In this document: piece by piece, positions 24,001-45,727 of the stretch | How positions within the stretch are numbered: position 1 is the stretch's first letter | Layout of the letters: each line of letters starts with the position of its first letter | NCBI RefSeq assembly: GCF_036321535.1 | Contig: NC_087462.1 | Location: 434,001 to 498,000, forward strand | Direction of reading: 5' to 3' | Source: Camelus dromedarius | Lineage: Eukaryota | Length of the DNA: 64,000 bases | Notes under the pieces: generated by a model | Told to the model about the DNA's origin: nothing | The model's database searches: none | What the model saw: only the letters and a program-made list of their open reading frames with translations | Position numbers and translations under genes: made by a program

Positions 24001-27000
24001 CTTCCTGAAGGTGGGGGCGTATCACTACGAGGTTACAATGAGACCCCGTCTAACCTGGTTCCTGCCCTGGTCCTGGGACCTGAGGACACGTCACCTCACA
24101 GGGCAGAGGGGACCCTGAAGGTGGGATTGAGTTAAGGCCCCTGGGATGGGGGTGACCCTGGATTCCCAGGGGGCCCTGTGTCCTCACAGGGTCATCATCA
24201 GAGGTAGGCGGGAGGGTCAGAGTCAGAGAGAGACAGGGGATGCTGCGCTGCTGGCGGTGAGGATTGGGGGGGCCGGGGGCCAGGGATGCGGCGCCTCTAG
24301 AAGCTGGAAGAGGCAGGAGCCACTTCTCCCTGGAGCCTCTGGGGGACCAGCCCCGCCCACACCTGGTTTAGTCCCTTGGAGGTCCGGCCATGGGGCCAGG
24401 AGCTGAGCCACAGCAGGGGGCTCACCTGCTCCGACATGTCCCGCGCCAGGAACTTGAGGTGGGTGATGGCGGGCAGGCGGTCCCTGCGGTTGAGGTCGGT
24501 GGTGCAGCGCATGAAGAGGGAGGGCAGGATCTCGGTGTCGATGCGGCACTTCTCGCTGACCACGCTCACGCACACCTTGTAGAACTGTACGGGGGACGCG
24601 CTGCTGCCATCCGCCGTGGCCACCACGATGTTGCCGCCGCCCGTGAAGGCGATGTCGGCCAGGGCCGCGCGCCCACGCAGCCGGCACAGGCTCTCCGTCG
24701 AGGTCAGCACCTGGCCGCTGGGCTTGAGCAGGGACACGGTGACCAGGCCGCTGACCGTCACCGCAATCCAGCCCTCCATGGGCTTGCCCCCAAACAGCGT
24801 GAGGGACGGTGAGAACTTGACGCGGGAGAACTTCTCCCCGAAGCTGGAGGCGCCTGACTGCGGGCAGAGGGAGGGTCAGCCTGGTGTGGCCCCTTCCCCA
24901 GGCACCCGCTCAGCCTTCAGGGATCGGCCTTGGGAGACCGAGGACCCTCTTCTGGAAGCCGCACTCTTGGGAACACAGAAGAACCATGTGGCAGAAGCCA
25001 GGAGACCATGAACCTGAGTCCAGGTTTGGCCTCAGCCACTTGACCACACGAGCGTCCTGTGATGTGGGCCTCTCTGACCCCCCGTCAGAGAGAAAGAAGC
25101 CAGGGCCCTGATGACCCCCAGGGAGAGACACGGGCAGCAACCCCAAGATGCCCGCAGTGGGATTTCTCTAGAACCCGGAGAGGGTGGGCGGGGCCTGAGC
25201 TGCTGGGGCTTTAAAAGGCTTCTTCTCAGCGGCCAGAATTCTGCTCAAGGACCATCAGATCTGTCACTTGAGTTGATAAAAGACACAAAAAGGCGGGAGC
25301 TCATGGGTGGTGATGCAGAGAAAGGTCCCTACTACAATGAAGGAGCGCATGTAGTGCACGACTTCACTGCAGAGCAGACGTTTGAAAAAGACACTTCCCA
25401 CGGGGGAAGGATCCAGAAGGCCAGGCAGCCAGACAAGCGGTGAGAGTGCCTACCTGGGAGACGGGAGCCAAATGCCTGACCTCAATGCCACAGGCTTCAA
25501 AAGTCCCATGTCTGAGCGTTTTAAACCAGCACATACGTCTTTTATAATTTAAAGACAAATGTATTTGGTAACAAGGAGTCAAGCACTGACACCCGCTCCC
25601 ACATGGACAGACCCTCAGAACACGACGGTCAGAGAGAGAAGCAGGCACAGAAGGACACAGTGTGCGACTCCATGGACGTGAAACGTCCAGAACAGGCCAG
25701 TCCACGGGTACAGAGAATGGGTTCCCGGTGGTCAGGGGCTGGAGCGGGTGGGGGGTGAGGCTAATGGGGACACAGCTTTCTTCGAGGTGATGAAAATGGT
25801 CTGAAACTGCCTGTGGTGACGGTTGCACTAGTCTGTGAAGATACTGAAAACCCACTGAATTGTGTACTTTAGATAAGTGAGTTACTCGGTATGTGAACCA
25901 TATCTCAACAAAATTTGTTAAAAAAAAAAAAAAAAGAAAGAAAGAAAGAAACAAAGGAAGAAAAAGAAAACACACAAAAGGAGGGCTGCAGGGGCCTATC
26001 CTGGGGCAGGCGGCTGGCACCCAGGCTCTGCTCCCATGCATGGACAGTAAGAGCCCCCAGGCCTAGCTGAGCTCAGGGCAGGCAGATGTGGGGAAGGGAC
26101 AGGAGAAAAAGTCACTTTCCATGGCATCAATCCAGGAGGGCCTCCTTGTTCTGGAGGCCGCTCAGCTGAGGAGCCGTCTGAACACCTGTGGCGGCCCTGG
26201 GCCCTCACCCTGCGCCAGACGGCGGCTTCGCAGTGAACCCTGACAGTGACGACCATCAGCACCACGTGACCCCCAGGAAAGTGACGTGTGGAGGTGTGAG
26301 GTTAGGACATGGATGCAGGGTCCCTGACCTGGGTGGCACCCACTCTCAGTAGAGACGCTGGGCTGAATCGGGGTCCAGGGAAGAATTCTGGGATATTACT
26401 AAATCAAAGGGTGGGCTGGATTCCGAGAACAGCAGCCACTAGTTAAATGGATGGCCAGCTGGAAACAGGTGTTCACGGCCTGGTGGCCACCGTGACTGGG
26501 CCCCGGCTGGAGAGACCAAGGTGCTGGCAATGCGGGGAGGAGCCAGCCCGGAGGCTGGCAGGTAGGCAGGAAGGGTGAGGGCCCCCGTCCACCACCCCCA
26601 CTCACGCAGGGGGGACACCCACCTTTTCCACGTGCAGGGCCAGCTTCACACCGTTGTGCAGCCAGGACAAGGCCACGATGGGGTCCCCCTCCACCAGGCT
26701 GCCCACGTGGCTCTCCCAGCTGTTGGCCAGGTGGTCTGCCATGCTCCAGCACTTGATCTGCCCGTCAGCATCGGCCGACAGGAGCCGTGAGCCTGCGTCA
26801 CAAAGCCCACCGCTAGGCACATCAAGGCTCTGGGGAGGTGGAGCAGGGGAGTGGCACAGGTATATTCTGGAAAGGACTCTGGACATGGGGAGTGGGAAGT
26901 GCGGGGGCCGCAAAGACACAGGTCAATGGTTTGAGTCCCAGCTCTGGACCCTGGGGACTGACCAGGAAATAGAGCAGACAGCCCAGGGATTGGAGATCAA

Positions 27001-27876
27001 GGATGAGCACTGCCCCCTCCCTCGGCCCCGCCGGACCCCCAGCCCCACCCTCACCTGACTGGTCCCACTCGAGGCAGGTGATGGCTTCACTGTGCTCAGA
27101 GTTGATGGAGTGCACGTCCCAGGGGTGCTCCGTGTCCAGGATGTGGATCATGCGGGTCAGGTCTGCGAGGGATTGGGTGGTCAACAGGGCAACCACAGCA
27201 CAGCCGGCAGTGACCCCAGGGGTGACGAGGGAGAAGCCCAGCAAAGCCCCAGCTCCAGTGAGTGCGGAGCTGCTGCTGACACGCCCACGGCCCAGGGCTT
27301 TCCAGGAACAGGCTGGGTCTCCTCCCTGAGCAGGCCCAAGACTCTGCCACCTGTGTGCCTACACCTGTGATTGAAAGGACGAGAAAACCCGAAACACTAA
27401 TGTTGGGCATCTCTCCGTGGGAGGGAACCTCTGGTTCGTTTTCCTCATCCTAAACTTCTCTGTTTTTCCAATTTCCTCTAACAAGCGCAGGCCTGGTGCA
27501 CCTCAAAGGCTTTCAAAAGCCTGGAAAACTCAGGCATGAGCCTCAGGCCAAGCTGTAGGGAACCACCCACCCATCACCCCGTCACATTCTGCAGGGGTGA
27601 CCCAAGGGTCCCCTGGCTCCAGGCATGGGAGAGCACACTCGGCCCTTCACCCCTCATCACCCCTGCCACCGATGAGGAGATGCTGGAAACCTGTAGGAGC
27701 TGGGGCCTGATGACATGGGATGGGGGCCGGGCGAGGGGCGCACCCTGGTCGTCGCTGCGGAGGTCTGTGGTGAAGGCGATGAGGTTGCGGCAGGACCAGG
27801 CGCAGGCCAGGGGCACCGACGGGCAGTGGGTGCTCTTGGGCCATTTCTCCCACTCGCAGACATAAGCCAGGTCCAT
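15063..27876 (-). CDS. MED16: Mediator of RNA polymerase II transcription subunit 16, 829 aa, 14 coding exons
   Basis: Coding exons (minus strand): 27876-27744, 27162-27055, 26792-26623, 24857-24426, 23760-23655, 21695-21540, 20909-20698, 19886-19680, 18986-18776, 18312-18179, 17988-17796, 17141-16925, 15750-15667, 15189-15063. Total 2490 nt, phases consistent, all GT-AG. The protein runs [12 protein letters not shown]... to ...[19 protein letters not shown]. Confidence 0.97.
17364..17518 (+). mobile_element. tRNA-Ala-derived SINE with perfect 16-bp target-site duplication
   Basis: TSD aaaaaatacgcagcga at 17348-17363 and 17519-17534, preceded by TTT (TTT/AAAA L1 endonuclease site). It has a tRNA-Ala(AGC)-like head and an A-rich tail. 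Confidence 0.92.
23990..24360 (+). mobile_element. MLT1D-like MaLR LTR in MED16 intron
   Basis: ...gtcctcacagggtcatcatcagaggtaggcgggagggtcagagtcagagagag...ctctagaagctggaagaggcaggag...ttctccctggagcctct is characteristic MLT1 sequence. Confidence 0.6.
25500..25975 (+). mobile_element. Old L1 (L1MB/MC-type) 3' end with A/GAAA tail
   Basis: tccatggacgtgaaacgtccagaacagg...gatgaaaatggtctgaaact...ggttgcac...ccactgaattgtgtacttta...catatctcaac followed by poly(A) and (GAAA)n. Confidence 0.7.
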
Positions 27877-29368
27877 TGTGCCCACCCGCCAAGCTCACAC
27901 ACGGAGGGCGACCACCAGTTCCTGAAGGAGGGAAGGCTGGCTTGTCATGGACGTTCAGGCAGGGTGTGCAGGACCCCGAGTACAGTGCTGGGCGCTGGGT
28001 CGCCAAAGGGAAACAAGTGGACTCAATCCCTGCCCTCGTGTGTGGCGGGGGAGCTGCATTTTACACACTCATGGCCAAGGAGGCCTCCGCAGTGTAGGTG
28101 CGAGGGATAGAGGTGTGCAGCCTGGAGGAAGAGCATTCCAGGCGGAGGGAACTGCCAGTGCTAAAGGCCCAGAGGCTGGACCGAGCCTGGGGTGCTGAAG
28201 GAGTGGTCAGGCTGTGTAGCTGAACAGAGTGAGTGTAGGAGAGGAGTAAAGTGAGGGTGGGGAGGGGAGGAGGCAGATCGTGCAGGGCCTGGGGGGTTCA
28301 CCCAGAAGGGCTGAGACCTGTTTCTGTTTCAGCAGACCCCTCTGGCTGTCTGGAGGGCGAGGCTGGGAGACAAGTGGTCTAGGTGAACAACGATGGGGCA
28401 GAGGAAGCGGTGAGAAGAGGCACAACCCAAGGTCCGTCCTTAAAGAGGAGCCCACGGATACCCAAGAGCACCAGTGGGGCTGCCTTTGGCAGAGGCAGGG
28501 CGGCAGGGAGGCAGGGCGGGGGCAGGCAGAAGCTTGGTGCGGGACTTCCGAAGGTAACAGTGATAGCGGAAACACTGGCCTTTCCTCGGCGCTATGTGCC
28601 CGGCATCGATTAAGGCTATTCCCTTTCACCGTTACCAAAGCTCAGGGAGGCCGAAAAGTACCATCAACCCATTTTTCTCAATCACCGACCCCGGGTGCCA
28701 CGCTTCTTCAAGACCCGACCACAAGGTCCCTTCCACAGTCTTTAAGCTCTGCCCCTAAGCCTCCCGGGCCCCTACCCCTACTGTATCTGCTTTCCAGACT
28801 CCACTCCCAGTTTGCCCCGTGTCCCCGGTCCCAGCCTAAACTCCCGTTTCCACCTCAGGATCTCCCCAACAATCCCAAGGCCCTGCCCCCATACGGCTGG
28901 TCCTCCAGGCGCTGCCTCCAATTCGCCCTGTGAGACCCCCCAGGCTCCATCCCAGGGACCCCTCACCTAATACCTAGTTCCTGGCCCCCAGTTCCGGTCC
29001 CCAAGCCCCCCCGTAGTTCTCAAGCCCCAACCCCAGCACAACGCCCAGGCCCCTCCCCAGGGAGGTACGTCAGGCCCCGCCCCCGTTCGCGTTCCAGGCC
29101 CCGCCCCGACTCCCCCTGCTCCAGGTCCCCCGGACCCTCGGGGCGCCTCAGGTTTCACCCCGAGGTTCCTCCTCGACCCACCCCCACAGACCCCACCCAG
29201 AGCGCTCAGGCCGCGTACCCAGCTCCCCTTGCTCTCCAGGCCCGCCCTCTGACCCCACAGGCCCCGCCCCGGGCCCGCGAGTCGCCGCTTTTCCCGCTGC
29301 GCGCTCCCCGTGGCACCAGGTGCCGTCCGGAGGCCGGCAGGCCGCCCGAGCCCCAGCCCAGCGCCCAC

Positions 29369-29460
29369 CGAACTGGCCGGTGCGCCCAGACGAGCGGGCG
29401 GGGGCCTGCACGCGCCCTAACGCTCCGGCTCGGGCGCCGCCATCTTCCCCGCACCAACGA
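29369..29460 (-). other. MED16: Probable non-coding exon 1 of MED16 in a CpG island
   Basis: CpG island at about 29050-29560. Minus-strand donor CAGTTCG|gtgggc at 29369 joins the acceptor ccttcag|G at 27921. A YY1-type motif AAGATGGCGGC is present. The TSS is approximate. Confidence 0.55.
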
Positions 29461-29482
29461 GTCGCCCGCGCAGCGCGGCCGC

Positions 29483-29740
29483 TTCCCGGAGACTTCTGGG
29501 ATGGCAGCGGCTCCGGTCCCGCCCCGCTTCCGGGGTAATTTGCATACATTGATGGCGTTCCAGCAGACATCTGAGGTATACTTGGTGAAAAACAAAGACT
29601 TTCTCAATTTCAGTGAATGACCCGCACTTGGTTAAGCTATTATTGCACTAATGTCATAAAGTAAGAGGTAAGTTGTTGAACTTTTTTTTAACGGAGGTCG
29701 CCCTTTGTGAAAAGCAGTCCATTTTGTGCACTCTAAATAG
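29483..29740 (+). promoter_or_regulatory. RNA polymerase III type-3 (U6-class) promoter: SPH/ZNF143-like, octamer, PSE, TATA
   Basis: ZNF143-like (minus strand) gctgccatcccagaagtc at 29491-29508; ATTTGCAT at 29538-29545; PSE-like TCGCCCTTTGTGAAAAGC at 29698-29715; TAAATA at 29734-29739. With +1 near 29764 these fall at about -226, -66 and -30. Confidence 0.8.
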
Positions 29741-29763
29741 CCCTCGNNNNNNNNNNNNNNNNN

Positions 29764-29870
29764 NNNNNNNNNNNNNNNNNNNNNNNNNNNNNNNNNNNNN
29801 NNNNNNNNNNNNNNNNNNNNNNNNNNNNNNNNNNNNNNNNNNNNNNNNNNNNNNNNNNNNNNNNNNNNNN
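29764..29870 (+). ncRNA. RNU6: Inferred U6 snRNA gene hidden in the N-run 29747-29882 (coding sequence not visible)
   Basis: The promoter architecture points into a 136-nt N-run long enough for a roughly 107-nt U6 plus terminator. I recall human RNU6-9 lying head-to-head with MED16 at this position. Coordinates are extrapolated from PSE/TATA spacing. Confidence 0.62.
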
Positions 29871-30133
29871 NNNNNNNNNNNNCATCCGTGGATGGAGAAA
29901 CTGGGCTCGGTAAGCGAGAACCAATCCAGGGCCCGTGTGGATGCCACCCCGTCCCGTCTGCAAACCCCGATGGCCTGGGAGCCCGGCTGCGGGTCCGCGT
30001 AGGGGAGCACAGGCAGCCTGTGGGCGCTCCGGGCACCAGAAGTTGGGTCCTCGTTACCCGTGAGAGCCTCCAAGCTGGGGCATTTGGATTTCCCTCATTC
30101 GGCATCTGTGTTGAAAACTACAATGTCTGTTAA

Positions 30134-30265
30134 GGAGGGGAGGATGCAGCACAGCGGGGGAGCGCGGCTTCGCATGTTAGGTCCGGGGTTCAATCCCCAG
30201 CTCCTCCGTTAAACTAAAGATGGATAAATCTAAATTCCACTACCCCGCCCCCCGCCAAAAATAAC
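30134..30265 (+). mobile_element. Diverged tRNA-derived SINE with 14-bp TSD
   Basis: TSD acaatgtctgttaa at 30120-30133 and 30266-30279. B box ggggttcaatccccag is present. Confidence 0.85.
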
Positions 30266-30529
30266 ACAATGTCTGTTAAAATGGAACAGCACCCAGATAG
30301 ATCTTGGTTTCTAAACGGTGCCCGGGTGAAAGGAAGCAGGCTCCTTGGCTGGTTCTCGGTCACTCGGAGCAGGTATAGAGGTAAATCTCTCCTGCAGAAT
30401 TTTCAACCTTCAGGGACAAGGTCAGCCTTGTGAAGAGCCCTGTGGACAGCAGAGACCCCTGCTGTGGCCGGGGGAGGGCAGTTCCCTCGGTGCCATCACG
30501 AGAGAAACAGCAGATGACCCAGGCTGCGG

Positions 30530-30787
30530 AGTCCTGCAGGACACACAGCCAGGCCCAGACACACAGATGGAGGCACAGGGAAGAGGCCACATGAAGATGT
30601 TGGCTGGAGGGAGGCGGCCACAAGCCAACAAGGCCGGAGCCTCCAGGAGCTGGAAGAGGCAGGAGGGACCCTCCCTTGATACCTTGACCTCAGACCTCTG
30701 GCCTCCAGAATTGCGCGACAATAAATTCCTGTGGTTTTAAGCCGCAGTGTGGTGCACTTTGTTCCAGCGACCCAGAAAGCTCACACG
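30530..30787 (+). mobile_element. MLT1 (MaLR) LTR
   Basis: gaagaggccacatgaagatg...ggccacaagccaa...ggagctggaagaggcaggag...gacctcagacctctggcctccagaattg...aataaattcctgtggttttaagcc. Confidence 0.75.
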
Positions 30788-31036
30788 AATGAACTTGCTG
30801 GAGGTCACACAGCTGAGAAGTGGTGGAGTTGGAGTTTGAGCCTCTGCACTCCGGAGGGGACAAGCCAGGCGGCGGAGCCAAGGGCCGGGATGCTCCCAGC
30901 AGAGTCCCCACACACCTGCCTCCATGTGGGGTGTCATCCCTCAACGACCAGGACCCAAGGGCATCGTGAATGCCCCTCACGCCTCCAGCCCTGCCCCAAA
31001 GGAAAACTCCAGAGCTGGGGATTAGAGCACCAGAAG

Positions 31037-31042
31037 TTTATT
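31037..31042 (-). terminator. R3HDM4 poly(A) signal
   Basis: TTTATT on + (AATAAA on -), about 820 nt downstream of the stop codon. Confidence 0.7.
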
Positions 31043-31861
31043 GAACTCTCCACTTTCCCAAAGCACAACAAGCCACACACGCGGGGGCAGGGTGGGTCAG
31101 GGGGACAGTCTCCCAGCCCCACTCTCATGTGCCACGCCAGGGTGACCAGCACAGGGACACCCCAGAGCCAGGCTGGGGAGCAGGGGACACAGAGAGGGGA
31201 ACAGGACAGTCTGAGGGTGGAGGCTTCTGGCTGGAAGTCCCAAACCCCTAGTAGGAAGGAGGGGGTGTGTAGAGCAGATGGGGCCCCAAGAGCCACCAAA
31301 GGGCACCAGGGGCGGACAACACACAGTCCACAAAGAGGGTAAAACCAGCCTTCAAGACACAGCCTCTGTCCTGGGTTGCAGGGCACACACATGCACACGC
31401 ACACACGCGCAAAACGTAATGTTCCTGGGGTGAGGGTCAGGGCCCCAGAGACCCCCACGCAGGGACTGGAATGAAGCCCCCCAATTTATCACTTGGGGCA
31501 AGTTTTTGGCTTTTCTTCTGAAAAGGGAAATTTAAAAATCTACAACAAATCACATCAAATTCATTAAAAATGATAAAAACCCAGCCTTTGCCTCCTCCCC
31601 TCAGCATCTGACACTGACCGAGGAAGGGACACGGGAGCGACCAGGCCAGGGGTCCCCGCCCCAGACAGCGTCCCAGAGCGGGCAGTCTGGCCAGAGGGCA
31701 CGAAGCAGCCCCCACCGCCAGCCTTTGTCTGGGCAGGGAGGGGCCGCCCCAAGGGGAAGAGCATGTTTCCAAGGGAGGAGCCTAAAACGATCGAGCTGCG
31801 TCAGGGGAGGGCAGCAGAGGGCGTGGGGAGGGGTTGGCGGGCGGGCACCGCGGGGCCGCCA

Positions 31862-39791
<7,930 letters not shown>

Positions 39792-41684
39792 AGCTCGGAC
39801 GCCGCCGCCGCCCCCGCCGCTCCCGCCGCTGTCCAGGCCGCCCGGCGGGGCCTTCTCGGGGCCGGGCAGGAAGTGACGGGCGCCCGGGGGCGGGCCGGGG
39901 CGGGGCCTGGAGGCTGAACGGGCGGGGCGGGGGCCGCGGCCAGGTCCCGGCCAGACCCCGGGCGGCGGGCGGGAGACACCCGGCCCCGGGGCATGGACTG
40001 GGGACACTGAGGCGGGAGAAGGGGACCACTACCCTATCCTCGCCTGAACCCGGACTGTAGCCCCGGGGAAACGGAGACCGAAGGTCGCGAGTGTCTCTGC
40101 GCCCAGGCGGGGCTGTGGGCTGGGCACCCAGCCCTGGCGGGACAGATGGGGAAACTGAGGCCTGGGGAGGGAGAAAGGAGGGGCACGTCCTTTTTCAAAG
40201 GCATGGACGGACGAAAGGACCCACGCTGTCCCCACTGAGCACTAACAGGGCTTTCCTTCCACCAGCCCCGACCCGGTCCTCGGTAAAAGTGCCAACCCTG
40301 GAGCCCCGCTGGACGCCTCAATTTACTCATCTCTCAAAACCGGACAAAGTCAGCCCCAAACCCCCTTAGCCTTTTAGAGTTCATTCATTTCACAAATGCC
40401 CTCTGTACTCGGGGCCGGGGCTGTGTTCTCCAGACCCAGCAGTGACTAAATAGACCTTCCCCCCAGGGGGCAGGAAGAGGAGACCTCTGGAAAAGGGACT
40501 GTCAGGCTGCAAAAGTGGGAAGGGTGTTCCGGGCAGAAGGAACAATGAGTGCAAAAGCCCCGGGGCATCCAGAGTGGTCGGAGCAGGGTGACGGGAGAGC
40601 GTGGCGGGGGGGGGGGGGGGGAGAGGACAGGCCCATGAGACTGACGGCCCTTTGGTGACAGGTTGCCAGGCTTGGTTTTTGACCCAAGAGCAATGGGAAG
40701 CCAGGGGAGGGTTCAGAATAGAGAATTAAACCTGCTCTAGAATCTAGAATCCACCCTTCATTTTGCAAGAAAAGTAGGGAACCTGGATCACGTTAAGAGA
40801 CCCCACAGGGATGCAGCCCAGATGCAGCCTGGTGGAAATTGTACAGGACAGACGACTCAGCTACTTTAACAAATAAAGAGCAAGGGTGAAAAAGGAGAGG
40901 GGAAGGAGGAGGAACTACGACAAAATTCAAGAGGGCACACACCGTGTGACTTCATGCCGACAAATGTGAAAGAGGCAAGAGAAATCAACGGCCATACCAC
41001 TGAGGAGAGATGGTACCTCTGGGGAGAGTGCTTGGGTGAGGCTCCTGGGACCCGGGATGCCCGGTCTCAGGGTCCTGGCCCACAATGGCCAGCCATTCAG
41101 TAGGTGTGCTGACTCTCCAGGGCGCAGCCTGGGCTGTGCCCCTGTTCTTGGGAACTTCCAGGGAACCTGTCCTCACCTTCTTAACACCCTCCAGGACCCT
41201 CTGTCCGTCCCTGAGTGTTGCTGCTCCCCAGAGCCCCCACCTCCAAGGTCCAGCCACCTGCCGGACTGAGCGCTCTTCCAGGCCCATTCAACTTGGCAGC
41301 CTCCCCAAACAGTTCCTCTCTCCCCACCAAGTAAACTTGGGTCCCCTCAGCCTCACCTGGCCATCATTACCACCCCAAAAGGATTTTCCCTTTCTTTTCC
41401 GAGTTTTTAGGCAGTTGTCAAGAATACTGGTGAAGGCATGAAAAGGGTGGACAGGGAACTGTCTCCCCCTGCAGGTCCTTTGTTCTTCCTTCTTGACGTA
41501 TTTGCTGCACTTTGATGTCCATGAGTATTTTTCATGTCTTTCCCTCTCTAGTCCTTTTTACCCAGACACAGAGTCTTTTCTTCTGCTGCCCAGCAGCTCA
41601 CATGGCCTGCTGCACGCCTCACGGGACAGTGTCTGGGGCACATTTCTGGGTGTGGGTTTAGGGGATCAGCATTGTCCTTTCTTG

Positions 41685-42045
41685 AGGGGAGGGATAAATT
41701 AGGAGTTTGAGATGAACAGGTACACGCTACTTTTTTATGAAGTAGATAAACAACAAGGACCTCCTGTGCCTCACAGGGGACTATGTTCAGTACCTTTTTT
41801 TGCAGGGGGGTCATTAGGTTTAGTTATTTATTTGGTTTTTCAGTGGAGGTACCGGGGATTGAACCCAGGATCTCACGCATGCATGTGCTCTACCACTTGA
41901 GCTATACCCTCCCCCCCTACATTCAGTGTCCTTTAATAACCTATAATAGAAAAGAATATATGTATGTATAACTGAATCACTTTGCTGTACACCTGAAACT
42001 AACACAACATTGTAAATCAACTATCCTTCAATTTTTAAAAAATTA
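41685..42045 (+). mobile_element. L1 3'-end fragment interrupted by a SINE
   Basis: gataaattaggagtttgagatgaacag...acaacaaggacctcctg... resumes as ...gaatcactttgctgtacacctgaaactaacacaacattgtaaatcaacta. It is the same 3'UTR type as 14760-15000. Confidence 0.8.
41795..41914 (-). mobile_element. tRNA-Ala-derived SINE nested antisense in the L1 fragment
   Basis: Reverse complement reads ggggagggtatagctcaagtggtagagcacatgcatgcgtgagatcctgggttcaatccccggtacctcca. Confidence 0.85.
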
Positions 42046-42738
42046 AATTAAACTGTCCTTTATAAACTGCCCTCCACCTGGTTCCTGCCACCAGTAGCAC
42101 AAGTGACCATGTCCCCATTGTAGGTATCGCTGCCATGCTGTGAGGTGGGAGGTGGACACTCCCTAGGGGTCTGATTTACAGCAAAGTCCCGGGGAGGCTG
42201 AGTTATTTAAAGAACAGCCATCTTCCAACCACCAGATTCCGGGCATCCCTCCCTTGCCCTGAACCTTCCTGGCTCCCCAGTGTCCTGGAACAAACTCGGG
42301 CAACATATTCAGGGTCTCTGAGGGCAGGCCTCACCACTGGCCTGGGCCCACCCACCTGGAGCCCCAGCCCCGTGAAGGTCAAAGTCATGACCTTAACAAG
42401 CCTCATTCCCTTGTCCTGTAGCTTTGTCCCCCTGCTTTTCTTGCGAGTGAGTCTCCACGCCCCCTCCCACGCCCGCTTCCCCCGCCCCGCGCTCCCCCAG
42501 CTTAAGATCTGTCCTTCTCGGGTCCACAGCGGCCTCTATGAAGCCTACCCCCCCCCCCTTCGTCTGCCCCTCACTCCAGCCGCCCGGTCTCCTCCGTGCT
42601 CTCACCCTGACGGCGCGGGAGGAGGAGGGAATGGGCGAGAAGGGCGCTGCGCGGGTGAATGGAGGGCGCGCACGCAGTGGAGGGAGTGGCCAGCGGCTGC
42701 TGGAGAACCGGGAAGGCGGGGACAAGGTGGGATGAGGG

Positions 42739-42744
42739 TATAAA
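42739..42744 (+). promoter_or_regulatory. KISS1R TATA box
   Basis: TATAAA about 100 nt upstream of the ATG at 42842, inside a CpG island. Confidence 0.55.
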
Positions 42745-42841
42745 TGCGCGGCCGCTGCAGCGCCAGCGTTGGAGCCACCAAATCCAGAGGAGGTACGCTC
42801 CAGACCCGGGTGCAATCCTGGCGGGCGGCCGGGAGGAAGCA

Positions 42842-45727
<2,886 letters not shown>

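Noticed and set aside
24426-24857. Unusually long 432-nt MED16 exon as possible intron loss
   Set aside because: I cannot reliably recall a split in orthologs, and the protein length matches expectation. A gene-structure alignment is needed.
42659-42841. 61-aa in-frame N-terminal extension of KISS1R in the ORF track
   Set aside because: The ATG at 42659 lies upstream of the TATA box (42739), so it is unlikely to be transcribed. The ATG at 42842 gives the standard 244-nt exon.
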